Below are positions 38,843-51,460 of a stretch of DNA of 64,000 bases, piece after piece. Below the pieces are notes generated by a model. That model searched no databases, was not told the DNA's origin, and saw nothing but the letters and a program-made list of their open reading frames with translations. The translations under genes and the position numbers were made by a program. This DNA comes from Octopus sinensis (Eukaryota): positions 5,146,001 to 5,210,000 of the forward strand of contig NC_043025.1 of the NCBI RefSeq assembly GCF_006345805.1. The letters are read 5' to 3'. Each line of letters begins with the position of its first letter. Position 1 is the stretch's first letter.

Positions 38843-39193
38843 GTAATATATGTATATATTATGTTAGGTAGTGTTGTGTGTGTGTGTGTGTGCATGTCAG
38901 TATGTGTAAATATGGTGGGGGGGTATATGTACATCGATGTGCATGTGTGTGTTTAGTGATATATATATATGTATATATATATGTATGTATATGTATATAT
39001 GTATATATACATGTATATATAAATGCATATATATATATATATATTCAATCAAAGCAATTAAGATTCAAGTCAATTCTAATGAATTCACTTGAATACGGTA
39101 CTTAACTTAGATGCACCAGAAAAACCATATGGTGTTAACCATACAGTAATGTGGGGTGATTATAAACGAGAAAGAAGCAACAAGAATGGATTA

Positions 39194-39289
39194 GTTTTTA
39201 GTACAATTGTTTCATACAAAGACAGGCTTTATTAAAAGTTGCAAAAATTGCAGCAGATAAAAGTGTCCCGTACTCATCAGCTAAAATAC
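39194..39289 (-). ncRNA. Type I hammerhead ribozyme with extended stem II
   Basis: Minus strand reads TTTTAG-CTGATGA-[60 nt: GTACGGGACA...TGTCTTTGTAT, apical TGCAA ttt TTGCA]-GAAAC-AATT-GTA^CTAAAA. Core CUGAUGA/GAAA/GUA is intact, stem I is a perfect 6 bp and stem-loop III (ACAATTGT) is palindromic. Confidence 0.75.
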
Positions 39290-39764
39290 ATATGAGTTCT
39301 CCAAACCTCTTAGTGGGTGAGGCTATACTCATGAAGTATATGTATATATGTATGTATATGTTATTTTGCATAATCGTTACTCTGCCATCCATGTGTTCGT
39401 GTGTGTGTGTGTGTGTGTGTATTTACACGTGTGTATGGGGTGTTGTTGAATAAACACTAATTGGTTCCCCCACCCCCTCTATCACCCCCCAGTCGATTCC
39501 ACACCCCACCCTCCACGCACACACACACCCTGTGTCTTGGGTTGAATGAAGTTTTAAGAAGGTTAGCAAGGTATGAAGCAGAGCAGGTGGGGTTTGGGGG
39601 TACGGATGTTATAGTGTTGATGTTCGGGGGAGGGGGAGAGGATGGAGCAAGTCGGAAGAGGAGAAAGAGGAAGAGCAAGAGGGGGGAAGGGGATGTAACA
39701 GCCCCTTGCTCACTTCCATCATGTTTACAGTTTACACGTGTATATATTCTTTTTTTTTTTTTTT

Positions 39765-40420
39765 TTTTACTTGTTTCAGTCATTTGACTGCGGCCATGCT
39801 GGAGCACCGCCTTTAGTCGAGCAAATCAACCCCGGGACTTATTCTTTGTAAGCCCAGTACTTATTCTGTCGGTGTCTTTTTGCCGAACCGCTAAGTGACG
39901 GGGACGTAAACACACCAACATCGGTTGTCAAGCAATGCTAGGGGGACAAACACACTTATATATATATATATATAAACATATATACGACAGGCTTCTTTCA
40001 GTTTCCGTCTACCAAATCCACTCACAAGGCACTGGTCGGCCCGGGGCTATAGTAGAAGACACTTGCCCAAGGTGCCACGCAGTGGGACTGAACCTGGAAC
40101 CATGTGATTGGTAAACAAGCTACTTACCAAACAGCCACTCCTGCGCTTATTTATATATATATATATATATATTCTTTTATTCTTTTACTTGTTTCAGTCG
40201 TGGTTGACAGTGGCCATGCTGGAGCACCGCCTTTAGTCGAGCAAATCGACCCCAGGACTTATTCTTTGTAAGCCCAGTACTTATTCTATTGGACTCTTTT
40301 GCTGAACTGCTAAATTTCAGGGACATAAACAAACCATCATTGTTTGTCAAGTGATGGTGGAGGGAGAGACACAGACACAAAGACACACACACATGTAAAT
40401 ATATATACATATACATACAT

Positions 40421-40466
<46 letters not shown>

Positions 40467-40990
40467 CCAATGGGCTTCTTTCAGTTTCCGTCTACCAAAT
40501 CCACTCACAAGGCTTTGGTTGGCCCGAGGCTATAGTAGAAGACACTTGCCCAAGGTGCCACGCAGTGGGACTGAACCCAGAACCATGTGGTTGGGAAACA
40601 AGCTTCTTACCACTCAGCCAAGCCTGATATATATCCTTTATCTTGCTTCAGTCATTAGACTGTGGCCATACTGGAGTACCACCTTAAAGGAATTTTTAGC
40701 TGAATCAACCCCAGTACAATTTTTTAAGCCTGATACTCATTCTATTAGTCTCTTTTGTTGAGCGACTAAGTTACAGGGCCGTAAACAAACCAACACTGTT
40801 TGACAAGCAGTGGTGGGAGACAAACACAGGCACATGCTTCTCGTGCACATATACATACAAAGTCCACTCACACGGCTTTGGTCAGCCCAAAACTATAGTA
40901 GAAGAGACTTGCCCAAGGTACCATGCAGTGGGACTGAACCTGGAACCATGTGGTTGGGAAGCAAGCTTCTTACCACACAGCCACACTTGT
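39765..40990 (-). mobile_element. Three consecutive SINE-A copies of increasing divergence
   Basis: Copies at 39765-40148, 40173-40620 and 40635-40990. Confidence 0.8.
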
Positions 40991-41151
40991 ACCCCCTATC
41001 TTTACATTTATTAAAGGACTGAAAGTGGGGTTGTGTGGACATTATTGTCTTCTCTCTCCTTTTCTCTCTACCTCTTTATCCTCTCTTGTTTCTCCCTCTC
41101 AAAAATCCTTCCCCCTCCACTCCCCATTCTCTAACTTGTAGTCTGTCTCTT

Positions 41152-41182
<31 letters not shown>

Positions 41183-41191
41183 GCTACTACC

Positions 41192-41243
<52 letters not shown>

Positions 41244-41622
41244 AAGTCATAAAAGTAGTAGTAGTTGTTGTCTTAGTGGTTGACGTGACCGTTCTAACTA
41301 AATCCAAGGTCAGGTCTATATCAATCCAGTCATGACCACCCTCTTTTATCAGGTAGTAATGCAGAACTACATTACCTTACAAGATGTTGTTTAGGGGTTG
41401 GATGGTAAGGCATCGTTTTTTTGCAGGGGGGGAGGATAGATGGGGGCGAGCATGCTGTTTCACCCCCACCCCCGCTTACTGTGTCTGTCTCTCCCCCCCC
41501 GTCGCTGCTACCACCACCACCACCCCACTCCTGTATCTCTACACCTATCACTATTCCACCACTGTCAGCATCTTAGGTGTGTATAAATATATAGATAAGT
41601 TGTGTGTGTGTGTATATATATA

Positions 41623-41659
<37 letters not shown>

Positions 41660-42256
41660 TGTATATGTGTGTGTGTATGTATATATGTATGTGTGTGTGT
41701 GTGGGTGTATATATATATGTATGTGTGTGTGTATATATGTATATGTATGTGTGTATATATATGTATATGTATGTGTGTGTGTGTATGTATATGTATGTGT
41801 GTGTATATATATGTATATATATATGTGTGTGTGTGTGTATATATATATGTATATATATATGTGTGTGTGTGTATATATATGTATATATATGTGTATGTGT
41901 ATATATATGTGTGTGTGTGTATATATGTATATATATATGTGTGTGTGTGTGTGTGTATGTATATATAATGTGTGTGTATATATGTGTATCTATATGTATA
42001 TATGTGTGAGTGTGTAATATGTATATAAATATGTATGTGTGTATAAATGTGTATTTACATATTCATTCATTTAACATGCATTTTTCTATGCTAGCACTGT
42101 GTGTGTATGTATATGTACATACATACATACAAACATGTATCTGTTTCACCTACCCCACTTCCATCTCCCTCACAACAGTAATTCCTTCAACCGTATCACT
42201 CAGTTGTCATCACCACCACCACTACATGTATATACATGCACATATCTGTGTACGTA

Positions 42257-42298
<42 letters not shown>

Positions 42299-42412
42299 CA
42301 CCCATATACATATACACACCCATGTTGAAGTTGTGATTCTCCGATAAGAGATTCTTGTGATAAATTAGTGTGGTGAAATATAGGTTGTTATACACACACA
42401 CACATACACATA

Positions 42413-42815
42413 GGCGCAGGAGTGGCTGTGTGGTAAGTAGCTTGCTAACCAACTACTGGGTCCGGGTTCAGTCCCACTGCGTGGCACCTTGGGCAAGTGT
42501 CTTATGCCATAGCCCCGGGCCGACCAATGCCTTGTGAGTGGATTTGGTAGACGGAAACTGAAAGAAGCCTGTCGTATATATGTATATATATATGTATTTG
42601 TGTGTATGTTTGTGTGTCTGTGTTTGTCCCCCTAGCATTGCTTGACAACCGATGCTGGTGTGTTTACATCCCCGTTACTTAGCGGTTCGGCAAAAGAGAC
42701 CGATAGAATAAGTACTGGGCTTACAAAAGAATGAGTCCCGGGGTTGAGTTGCTCGATTAAAGGCGGTGCTCCAGCATGGCCGCAGTCAAATGACTGAAAC
42801 AAGTAAAAGAGAAAA
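42413..42815 (+). mobile_element. SINE family A, full length
   Basis: Matches 15164-15553. Confidence 0.88.
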
Positions 42816-43141
42816 GAGAGAGTATACACACACAGCATGTATATAAAATACACCCATGCACTCACATAGAGACACCTACCCCAGATGTGTATGCACCCAT
42901 CGAAGAAACAGTTCCATCTCTCCCCCCCATCACTTTCTGCCCTCCCCTTCACTTTCTGCCCCACCCAACTCTCTATCTCTCTCTCTCTCTCTCCACCCAT
43001 ACACCCACTGTGTGTCAGTGTGTCACCAATTGCCTTTGGAGTCCTTCCAATAAATTGCTTTTGTCCTCAATGAAGCTTTGGTACTTATTACAAGGCTTAG
43101 TATATGTGTGTGTGTGTGTGTTCTGGCATGAGAATTTAGAC

Positions 43142-43328
43142 CAGTGGCTTTCAACCATTTTCGTATCTGGGTCCAATCCAAAACCGGGATTTCTCTTTTA
43201 GGGAACCTGCACTTAAGTAAGTAAAAGGCAAGTCAATTAAAGTTAAATGTTTTATAGTAATTAATATTTATAGAGGAATATACTTGAGTGTTGCATGCGG
43301 TCGTTGGAGCTGTGGTTGTGAACCACTA
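43142..43328. mobile_element. hAT MITE
   Basis: CAGTGGCTTTCAACCA ... TGGTTGTGAACCACTA with 8-bp TSD atttagac/atttaggc. Confidence 0.72.
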
Positions 43329-43564
43329 ATTTAGGCTCATTAAATGGATTGTCCGACCTCTAAATGGCAATGTGTGTGTGGTGTGTGTGTGTGGTGGAGT
43401 ATGTAGATTCATATAGGCATAGCCCCTATGGTGGTAACATTTATTTACAAGCATCATATGAAGTTAAGGCAATGAGAGCGACACACATACATACACCCAC
43501 ATAAATTATACATGTATAAAGTATGGCTCCATGTAGAAAGCATTTGTACTGGCGCTACGTATGC

Positions 43565-44115
43565 GGCATCCATGTTGGTGCCACATGAAAAGCACCCATG
43601 TTGGCCCCACATAGAAAACACCCATGCTGGCCCCACATACAAAGCATCCATGCTGGCCCACATAGAAATCACCCATGCTGGCCCCACATAGAAAACATCC
43701 ATGCTGGCCCCACATAGAAAGCATCCATGTTGGCCCCACACAGAAAGCATCCATGCTGGCCCCACATAGAAAGCATCCATGCTGGCCCCACATAGAAAGC
43801 ACCCATATTGGCCTCACATAGAAAGCATCCATGCTGGCCCCACATAGAAAGCATCCATGCTGGCCCCACATAGAAAGCACCCATATTGGCCTCACATAGA
43901 AAGCATCCATGCTGGCCCCACATAGAAAGCATCCATGCTGGCCCCTCATAGAAAGCACCTATATTGGCCCCACATAGAAAGCACCCATATTGGCCTCACA
44001 CAGAAAGCACCCATGCTGGCCCCACATAGAAAGCATCCTTGCTGGCCCCACATAGAAAGCACCCATATTGGCCCCACACAGAAAGCACCCATGCTGGCCC
44101 CTCATAGAAAGCATC
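43565..44115. repeat. 26-bp minisatellite (GCTGGCCCCACATAGAAAGCATCCAT), about 21 units
   Basis: Directly visible tandem repeat. Confidence 0.93.
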
Positions 44116-45745
44116 GTTTTAATATAATCGTTTTAATATGGTATTGTATTTCGAGACCTCTATTTCAGCAATATCGAGGAATATGTTGTCATGAAACGTG
44201 CGTAGTATATATTATGTCAAGTATATGATTTGGAATAAGAATTGAAGGTATTAATTGGATGGTTTGACAGGAACTGTACAAGGAGAAGACTGCACCAGGC
44301 TTCTGTGTCTGTTTTGGTATGGTTTTTACTGCTGGATGCCCTTCCTAACACCAGCTGCCCCACAGAGTGGACTGAGCGCTTTTTATGTGGCACCAGCACC
44401 GGCAGGGTCACCAAATAAATTGGAAGACAAGGAATTCTGAGAGGGGGAGCGGGCATGGGAAGAAGATATAATTCCCGGGGTTGATTTGTTGATTTGATTT
44501 GACTAAAATTCTTCAAGGCAGTGCCCCTGTATGGCCACGGTCTAATGACAGAAACAATTAAAAGATAAAATATAGATAGACGTAGTGACATTGTAGGGCA
44601 GGTGTGACAGGCTAGATCTGGCTGGTTTGAACAGAAAACAGGTCAAATATTTGGACCGGATACGACCGGTTTAAATGCTAAATGGTGAAGAGAATAGAAA
44701 ACAGATGAGTTCACAGTTAAAGAAATCTTGTCTTAAGATTACTTTTGAAAAAAGTTAGTATTCCAATTATTTTTATGGTAATAACTAAGTCGATTAGGAG
44801 TAATTAGACGAGTTAATTTATGGTAGAACATTGTGAATCATATTTTAGTGATGGTTGGTCAGTGATTAAGTTGTCTGTTTGCTTTGGAGGCTATTGAAGT
44901 AGCTTGTCCACTTTTTCAAACTTGTTTTCAGAACTGTGTTAAATATGAACGATGGCATTTCTTGGACTTGGTCAGGGTGGCGGCAGTGGTGGTGGAGTCA
45001 GGGTGGTGGTGGTGGTGGTGGTGATGATGGTGGTGGAGTCAGTGATGGTAGTGGTGGTGGTGGAGTCAGTGATGGTGGTGGTAATAGTGGTGGTGGTGGT
45101 GGTAGTGGTGGTGGTGGTGGAGTCAGTGATGGTGGTGGTGGTGGAGTCGGTGGTGGTGGTGGAGTCGGTGGTGGTGGTGGAGTCGGTGGTGGTGGTGGTA
45201 GCTGCGGCGGTGGTGAGTGTTTGTTTTGCCTTTAATAAAGTTTAAATAAATGTGTGTGGTTGTGTTTTTGTGTGTGTTTCTCTGTGTTGATGGGGGTGTA
45301 GGTGTATGTCTGTGTGTGTGTGTCCATGTGAGAGAGAGTTTGTCTGTGTGTGTGGGTGTTTATGCTTATACGTTTGTGTGTGTGTCGATGGGAGATTGTG
45401 TGTGTGTGGTGTGTGTGAGAAAGAGTGAGAGAAGGATACTTTGTGTGCGTGCGTGCGTGTTTCTGTGTATGCGTGTGCGCGCTTCTTACCAAAACTCGGA
45501 CACCATTCTCACACACCATTGCTGACACAAGCAACCAACCACCTACACCACACCACAACACAACACAACTAACACCGCAACACTCCAACCAATACAATGG
45601 TCATTTACCACTACAACACAAACCACAGCACCAAACAGTACCACTCCGGCACTACAACAGTGATTACCCCCACAGATAATAAATAGGACAAGAATGTATT
45701 GTAATAGAAAGAGGAACAGTTTAATGACTGCTGCTGCTGCTGCTG

Positions 45746-45783
<38 letters not shown>

Positions 45784-46034
45784 GCTGCTGCTACTACTAC
45801 TACTGCTGCTTGTTTTGTGTAATTTCCTTTAAATATTCTCATGATTCCAGTAGATATGACCCACAACTATTAGTCAACCAGCATCTTACCACCACCACCA
45901 CCATTACTACTACTACTGATCATCCAGATGTTGTTGTTGTTGTTCCAAATTGGTTTGGAGCCAGCAGGAATCAAAGACAGTTGTTTTTTTGTTTTTGTTT
46001 TTGTTTCCTTTCTCTGTGTCTACATCTGCCGTCC

Positions 46035-46415
46035 TTTCTTCTCTTTCTTCCAATTCTTCCTCTTCTTCTTCTTCTTCTTCTTCTTCTTTTTCTTGTTGTT
46101 GTTGTTGTTCTTCTTCTTCTTTTCATCTCCTTTTTCTTCTTCTTCTCCCTCTTCTCCTTCGTCTCCTTCTTCGTCCTCTTCTCCTTCTTCTTCATCTTCT
46201 TCATCTTCTTCTCCCTCTTCTTTTCCTTCTCCTTCTTTATCTCCTTCGTCTTCTTCTTCTTCTCCTTCTTCTCCTTCTTCTTCGTCCTCTTCTTCTTTTC
46301 CTTCTTCTTCTTCCAATTCTTCTTTTCCTTCTTCTCCTCCTCCTTCTTCTTTTCCTTCATCTCCTTCTTCTTCTTCATTGTCCTCTTCATCTTCTTCTTC
46401 TCCTTCTTCTTTTGC
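46035..46415. repeat. (CTT/CTC)n polypyrimidine trinucleotide tract
   Basis: Directly visible. Confidence 0.9.
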
Positions 46416-46841
46416 TGTCTTTCTCCATTTCTGTGACAAACGCTGCTCACCCCCCTGCCGTCACCACCGCCACTGCCCACCTCACCCGCCCCACCATAAT
46501 CATCGTCATCGCCATCAGCACTGTCCTTATCACTTGCCATCTCTTACTCTTCGTCACCCGCCAGCCACCACCACCATCATCATCATCATCACTGCATCCT
46601 AATTACCACACCGACACCATCATTGCCGCCACCACCACCACAGCCTGTCATCCTACTTTTTATCTCATCACCACCATCATCACTATAATCCTAATCACCA
46701 TCGTCGTCATTACCGCTGTCCCATTTCTTACCACCACCACCACCACCACCACCACCACTACTACCACTACCATCATCATCATCATCGTCATCAATAAACT
46801 TAATAGAAAAATAGATGTTTGGTTAACTTTGTTTTGGCATT

Positions 46842-47243
46842 ACTCTTTTACTCTTTTACTCGTTTCAGTCATTTGACTGTGGCCATGCTGGAGCACTGCC
46901 TTTAATCGAGCAAACCGACCCCCGGGACTTATTCTTTTGTAAGCCCAGTACTTATCCTATCGGTCTCTTTTGCTGAACCGCTAAGTAACTGGGACGTAAA
47001 CACACCAGCATCGGTTGTCAAGCAATGCTAGAGGGACAAACACAAACACACAAACATATACACACACACAGATATAGATATATATACATATATACCACGG
47101 GTTTCTTTCAGTTTCCGTCTACCAAATCCACTCACAAGGCATTGGTCGGCCCGGGGCTATGGCATAAGACACTTGCCCAAGATGCCACACAGTGGGACTG
47201 AACCCGGGACCATGTGGTTCGTTAGCAAGCTACTTACCACACA
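46842..47243 (-). mobile_element. SINE family A
   Basis: Reverse complement of family A. Confidence 0.85.
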
Positions 47244-47862
47244 GGAGAAGAAGAGCCCTCTCTAGCCCCATGTTCTGTGCAGACTCTACTAGCCATGATT
47301 ACTGGGGATCTGTCCAGGGGGTGGGGTGGGGGGCGATATTCTCGTATCCCTCGTCATTTGGCAATGAAATGGAGGTTAGCAGTTGGTGCTGACTTTTTAA
47401 AAACTTTTCTGGGGGTTTTTTTGGGTGGGGGGTAGCAGTATACCCGAAGTTACCTCCCCTAGTCCTGAATTTCCCACACATTCATCCACCAGTCCAGGCT
47501 GTTTGTTTGATTGGGGCGGCAGGGAGCAACCCTCGTAGCTGGAAGCCGCCAGGGTCCAGCCCTCGGTCCATCTGGTCAGCCACCAATCTGCTGGGTCGGC
47601 AACTGAGTCAGCTAGGTCTGTGGCTCCCTACCATTTTTTTTTTTTTTATCAAAGGGCCCCTTTAGATTCTTATTACTACTCAGATGGACCCTTATAACCA
47701 TTGGATGTTTTAAAAATCGTTTTCAGGCTGTGAGCTGGCAGAATTCGTTAGTACGCCAGGTGAAATGCTTAGCAGTGTTTCACCTGCCTTTAAGTTCATC
47801 GTCGTCATCATCATTTAACGTCTACTTTCCATGCTGGCATGGGTTAGATGGTTTGACTGAAA

Positions 47863-48337
47863 GGTGGTGAGCTGGCAGAATCGTTAGCACGCCGGGCGAA
47901 ATGCTTAGCGGTATTTCGGCTGCCGCTACGTTCAGAGTTAAATTCTGCTGCGGTCGACTTTGCCTTTCATCATTTCGGGGTCAATTAAATAAGTACCAGT
48001 TACGCACTGGGGTCGATATAATCAACTTAATCCGTTTGTCTGTCCTTGTTTGTCCCCTCTATGTTTAGCCCCTTGTGGGTAGTAAAGAAATAGGTATTTC
48101 GGCTGCCGCTACGTTCAGAGTTCAAATTCTGCTGCGGTCGACTTTGCCTTTCATCATTTCGGGGTCGATTAAATAAGTACCAGTTACGCACTGGGGTCGA
48201 TATAATCAACTTAATCCGTTTGTCTGTCCTTGTTTGTCCCCTCTGTGTTTAGCCCCTTGTGGGTAGTAAAGAAATAGGTATTCCGTCTGCCGTTATGTTC
48301 TGAGTTCAAATTCCGCCGAGGTCGACTTTGCCTTTCA
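47863..48337 (+). mobile_element. SINE family B, about 2.4 tandem bodies
   Basis: Same junction aaagaaatag|gtatttcg. Confidence 0.85.
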
Positions 48338-48566
48338 ACTAACTAACACACATACACACACACACATACACACATACGGATCCGTGGAATAAGCTGCCGG
48401 ATGAGATGGTGAAGATGCCGACGACCGCTCGGTTCAAAGTCTCCCTTGACCACAAATGGCCTGAACTCTTTTCATGAACACCACCCTGTACATAACTCCA
48501 TGTCCCCCTACATGGCATTGCTTTTTGATTTTTGAGCCAAAAAATTAACTAACAAACTAACTAACT
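48338..48566 (+). mobile_element. CR1-type 3'-end unit preceded by (AACT)n and (CA)n
   Basis: acggatccgtggaataagctgccgg...aattaactaacaaactaactaac. Truncates the upstream SINE-B array. Confidence 0.75.
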
Positions 48567-49492
48567 ATTCCTTGGTGTCAGTTCCACTTTTAGTGTCCAG
48601 GGCAATGACACATACCGGGGGGGGAGGACATGATGTTGCAGGGGGGTATAGCCTTTAGCCTCAGGTATTATAAAGATTATTGGGGCTGGAGTTGGAGACA
48701 GGGGCGGGACATTACACCCCACATACACTATATTGCATGCAATTCTGTTGCTGCTATTACTACAAAACGTCCCTCTCCCGCCATGACATTCCATTGGGAT
48801 ATTGTGTTATGCAATGTGTGTGTGTGTGTACCACGCTTATATTGATGTCGGTGTCTTGGTATGATGTGTGGGGGTGGATGGGGGAGGTCTCATTCATTCC
48901 AGCTCTCTGTGTCTCTTGCTGTCTCTTACTGTACCTGTGTGTTTTTGTGTGTGTGTGTATATATATATTTTTATATATATATGTGTGTGTGTGTTTGTGT
49001 GTGTGTATATATATATGTGTATATATATATGTGTGTGTGTGTTTGTGTGTGTATATATATATGTATATATGTATATAGATATATGTATATCTATATACAC
49101 ACACATACACACCTATATACACATATTTACATATATACATAGAGAAACACACACACACACAGACACACATACATAGACGTACAAGCATCTACAGACACAA
49201 ACACACACACACACAAACACACCCTTACATGTGTACACACTAAAAAAAAAAAAAGGCCTCTATAGCCGCCAGGTAATTTGCATTTCAGCTGAGCTAAGCC
49301 TGGGTTTCCATTGGTTATTTAATAAGTTTGTGTGTGTGTGTGTGTGCGTGTCAATGTATGTGTGTGTGTGTGTGCGTGCGTGTGTGTGTGTGTGTGTGTG
49401 TGTGTCAGTGTACTTCCTACCGCAGAAATACCAAAACAGTTCACAGAACAAATACAGCTGTCATAACTTGTCTTTAGGGCTTGTATTTATCT

Positions 49493-49537
<45 letters not shown>

Positions 49538-49617
49538 GACTACTACTACTACTACCACTACCACCACTACTACTAGAACACCACCACCACTACTACTACT
49601 ACTACTACCACCACCAC

Positions 49618-49652
<35 letters not shown>

Positions 49653-50130
49653 CGCCGCCACTACTAGTTATCCTTTTTCTTCAGTTTTCTTCCTTTTCTT
49701 CCCCTTCATCTTCTTTGTCTTCATCTTTTGTTGTTTTTTTCCTTCTTCTTCGCCTCCTGCTCCTCTTCCCCCTCCCCCTCCTCTTCCACCTCCTCCTCGT
49801 CGCTGCATCATCAAACACAACTTACACCTCCCACCGCTACCATCTTCCAATCCTCCCGCCGCATTCCATCACTATCCACTGCCTGAATTGTACACCGCCA
49901 CCACCACCACCGCCACCAGTCTCTTCCCTGCTCTGTAAACTGCCGGAGGGGGTGGGATGGAGGGCTTCCACGTGATCAATCAGTGCGTCAGAAATCGCAG
50001 CTAAAAAGCTCCCTCGATCGTGCCCCAGCAGCACATTCCTCTGTCCATGAAAAAAAAGGATAAGCAAACAGTGGATAAGTTTATCTCGGATCATACTGCC
50101 TGCAGGTAATGGACTGTGCGGGCTGAGCTA

Positions 50131-50360
50131 GGCAGCGAGCTGGCAGAAACGTTAGCACGCCGGGCGAAATGCATAGCCGTATTTCGTCTGTCGTTACGTT
50201 CTGAGTTCAAATTCCGCCGAGGTCGACTTTGCCTTTCATCCTTTCGGGGTCGATAAATAAAGTACCAGTTACGTACTGGGGTCGATGTAATCGACTTAAT
50301 ACCTATGTCTGTCCTTGTTTGTCCCCTCTATTTTTATCCCCTTGTGGGTAGTAAAGAAAT
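50131..50360 (+). mobile_element. SINE family B monomer with 16-bp TSD
   Basis: TSD aggtaatggactgtgc at 50104-50119 and 50361-50376. Confidence 0.88.
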
Positions 50361-50728
50361 AGGTAATGGACTGTGCACAGGTATGGCTGTGTGGTAAGAA
50401 ATTTGCGTCCCAACTGTGTGGTTTTGGGTTCGGTCCCACTATGCAACACCTTGGACAAGAGCTATGGGCCGACTAAAGTCTTGTGAGTGTATTTGGTAGG
50501 TGGAAACTAAAAGAAGCTTGTGTGTGTATACTTTTACTCTTTTACTTGTTTCAGTCATTTGACTGCAGCCATGCTGGAGCACCGCCTTTAATCGAGCAAA
50601 TCGACCCCGGGACTTATTCTTTGTAAGCCCAGTACTTATTCTATCGGTCTCTTTTGCCGAACCGCTATGTGACGGGGACGTAAACACACCAGCATCGGTT
50701 GTCAAGCAATGCTAGGGGGACAAACACA

Positions 50729-50770
<42 letters not shown>

Positions 50771-50899
50771 CATATATATACATAAATAACAATTATTATT
50801 ATTTATTCAAGTCACTGCCTGGGAGTGAACCCAGAATCTTGGGGTTAGTAGCCCGCGCTCTTAACCAATGTTGGGAGGTTGCTTTTTATACACCACTGG

Positions 50900-51307
50900 T
50901 TGATTATTTCCATTGGATGGATATGTGTCCTTACCTTGTTTGTTGTTACCACAACATTTCGGCTGGTGTACTCTCCAGCCTTCATCAGGTGTCCTGGTGG
51001 AATTTCAAACCCAACCCTTTATTTGACTAATGAGGTACTCTGTTCTCATTCCTAAGGGATTTTTTGCTGATGTTATTATTATTGTCGACTTTGCCTTTCA
51101 TCCTTACGGGGTCAATAAATTAAGTACCGGTTACGCACTGGGGTTGATGTAATCGACTTAATCCGTTTGTCTGTCCTTGTTTGCCCCTTCTATGTTTAGC
51201 CCCTTGTGTGTAATAAAGAAACAATTATTATTATTATTTATTCAAGTCACTGCCTGGGAGTGAACCCAGAATCTTGGGGTTAGTAGCCCACGCTCTTAAC
51301 CAATGTT
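50900..51307 (-). mobile_element. Short element with a tRNA-like head and a minimal hammerhead ribozyme, interrupted by a SINE-B fragment (51084-51222)
   Basis: Minus strand order: tRNA-like head TGGTTAAGAGC...GGTTCACTCCC, (TAA)n, spacer, then CAC-CTGATGA-A-GGCTGG...CCAGCC-GAAA-TGTT-GTG (50953-50991). The head recurs at 50793-50870. Confidence 0.6.
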
Positions 51308-51392
51308 AACCAAAGCTTATAAGTGATTACCATGTATTTACGAAAGAAAATAGTCTAACATTGGCCCTCAACAGAAAAAAATGTTTGTCAGT

Positions 51393-51460
51393 GTGCATGG
51401 GACTTGAACCCACAACTCTTATATTTGCGATAAGTGCGTTAACCATTATGCCAACTTACC
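51393..51460 (-). pseudogene. tRNA-like sequence (pseudogene or SINE head)
   Basis: A box TGGCATAATGG, stem CTTAT/ATAAG with a 7-nt loop and T-arm TGGGTTCAAGTCCCA. No acceptor stem. Confidence 0.5.

Noticed and set aside
45810-46876. Poly-Glu, Lys, Ser and Leu ORFs
   Set aside because: A (CTT)n tract open in most frames on both strands, with no splice-bounded complex sequence.
47508-47625. HDV-like ribozyme candidate (GGCGGC...GCCGCC with nested hairpins)
   Set aside because: P2, P3, P1.1 and the catalytic J4/2 strand could not be assigned.
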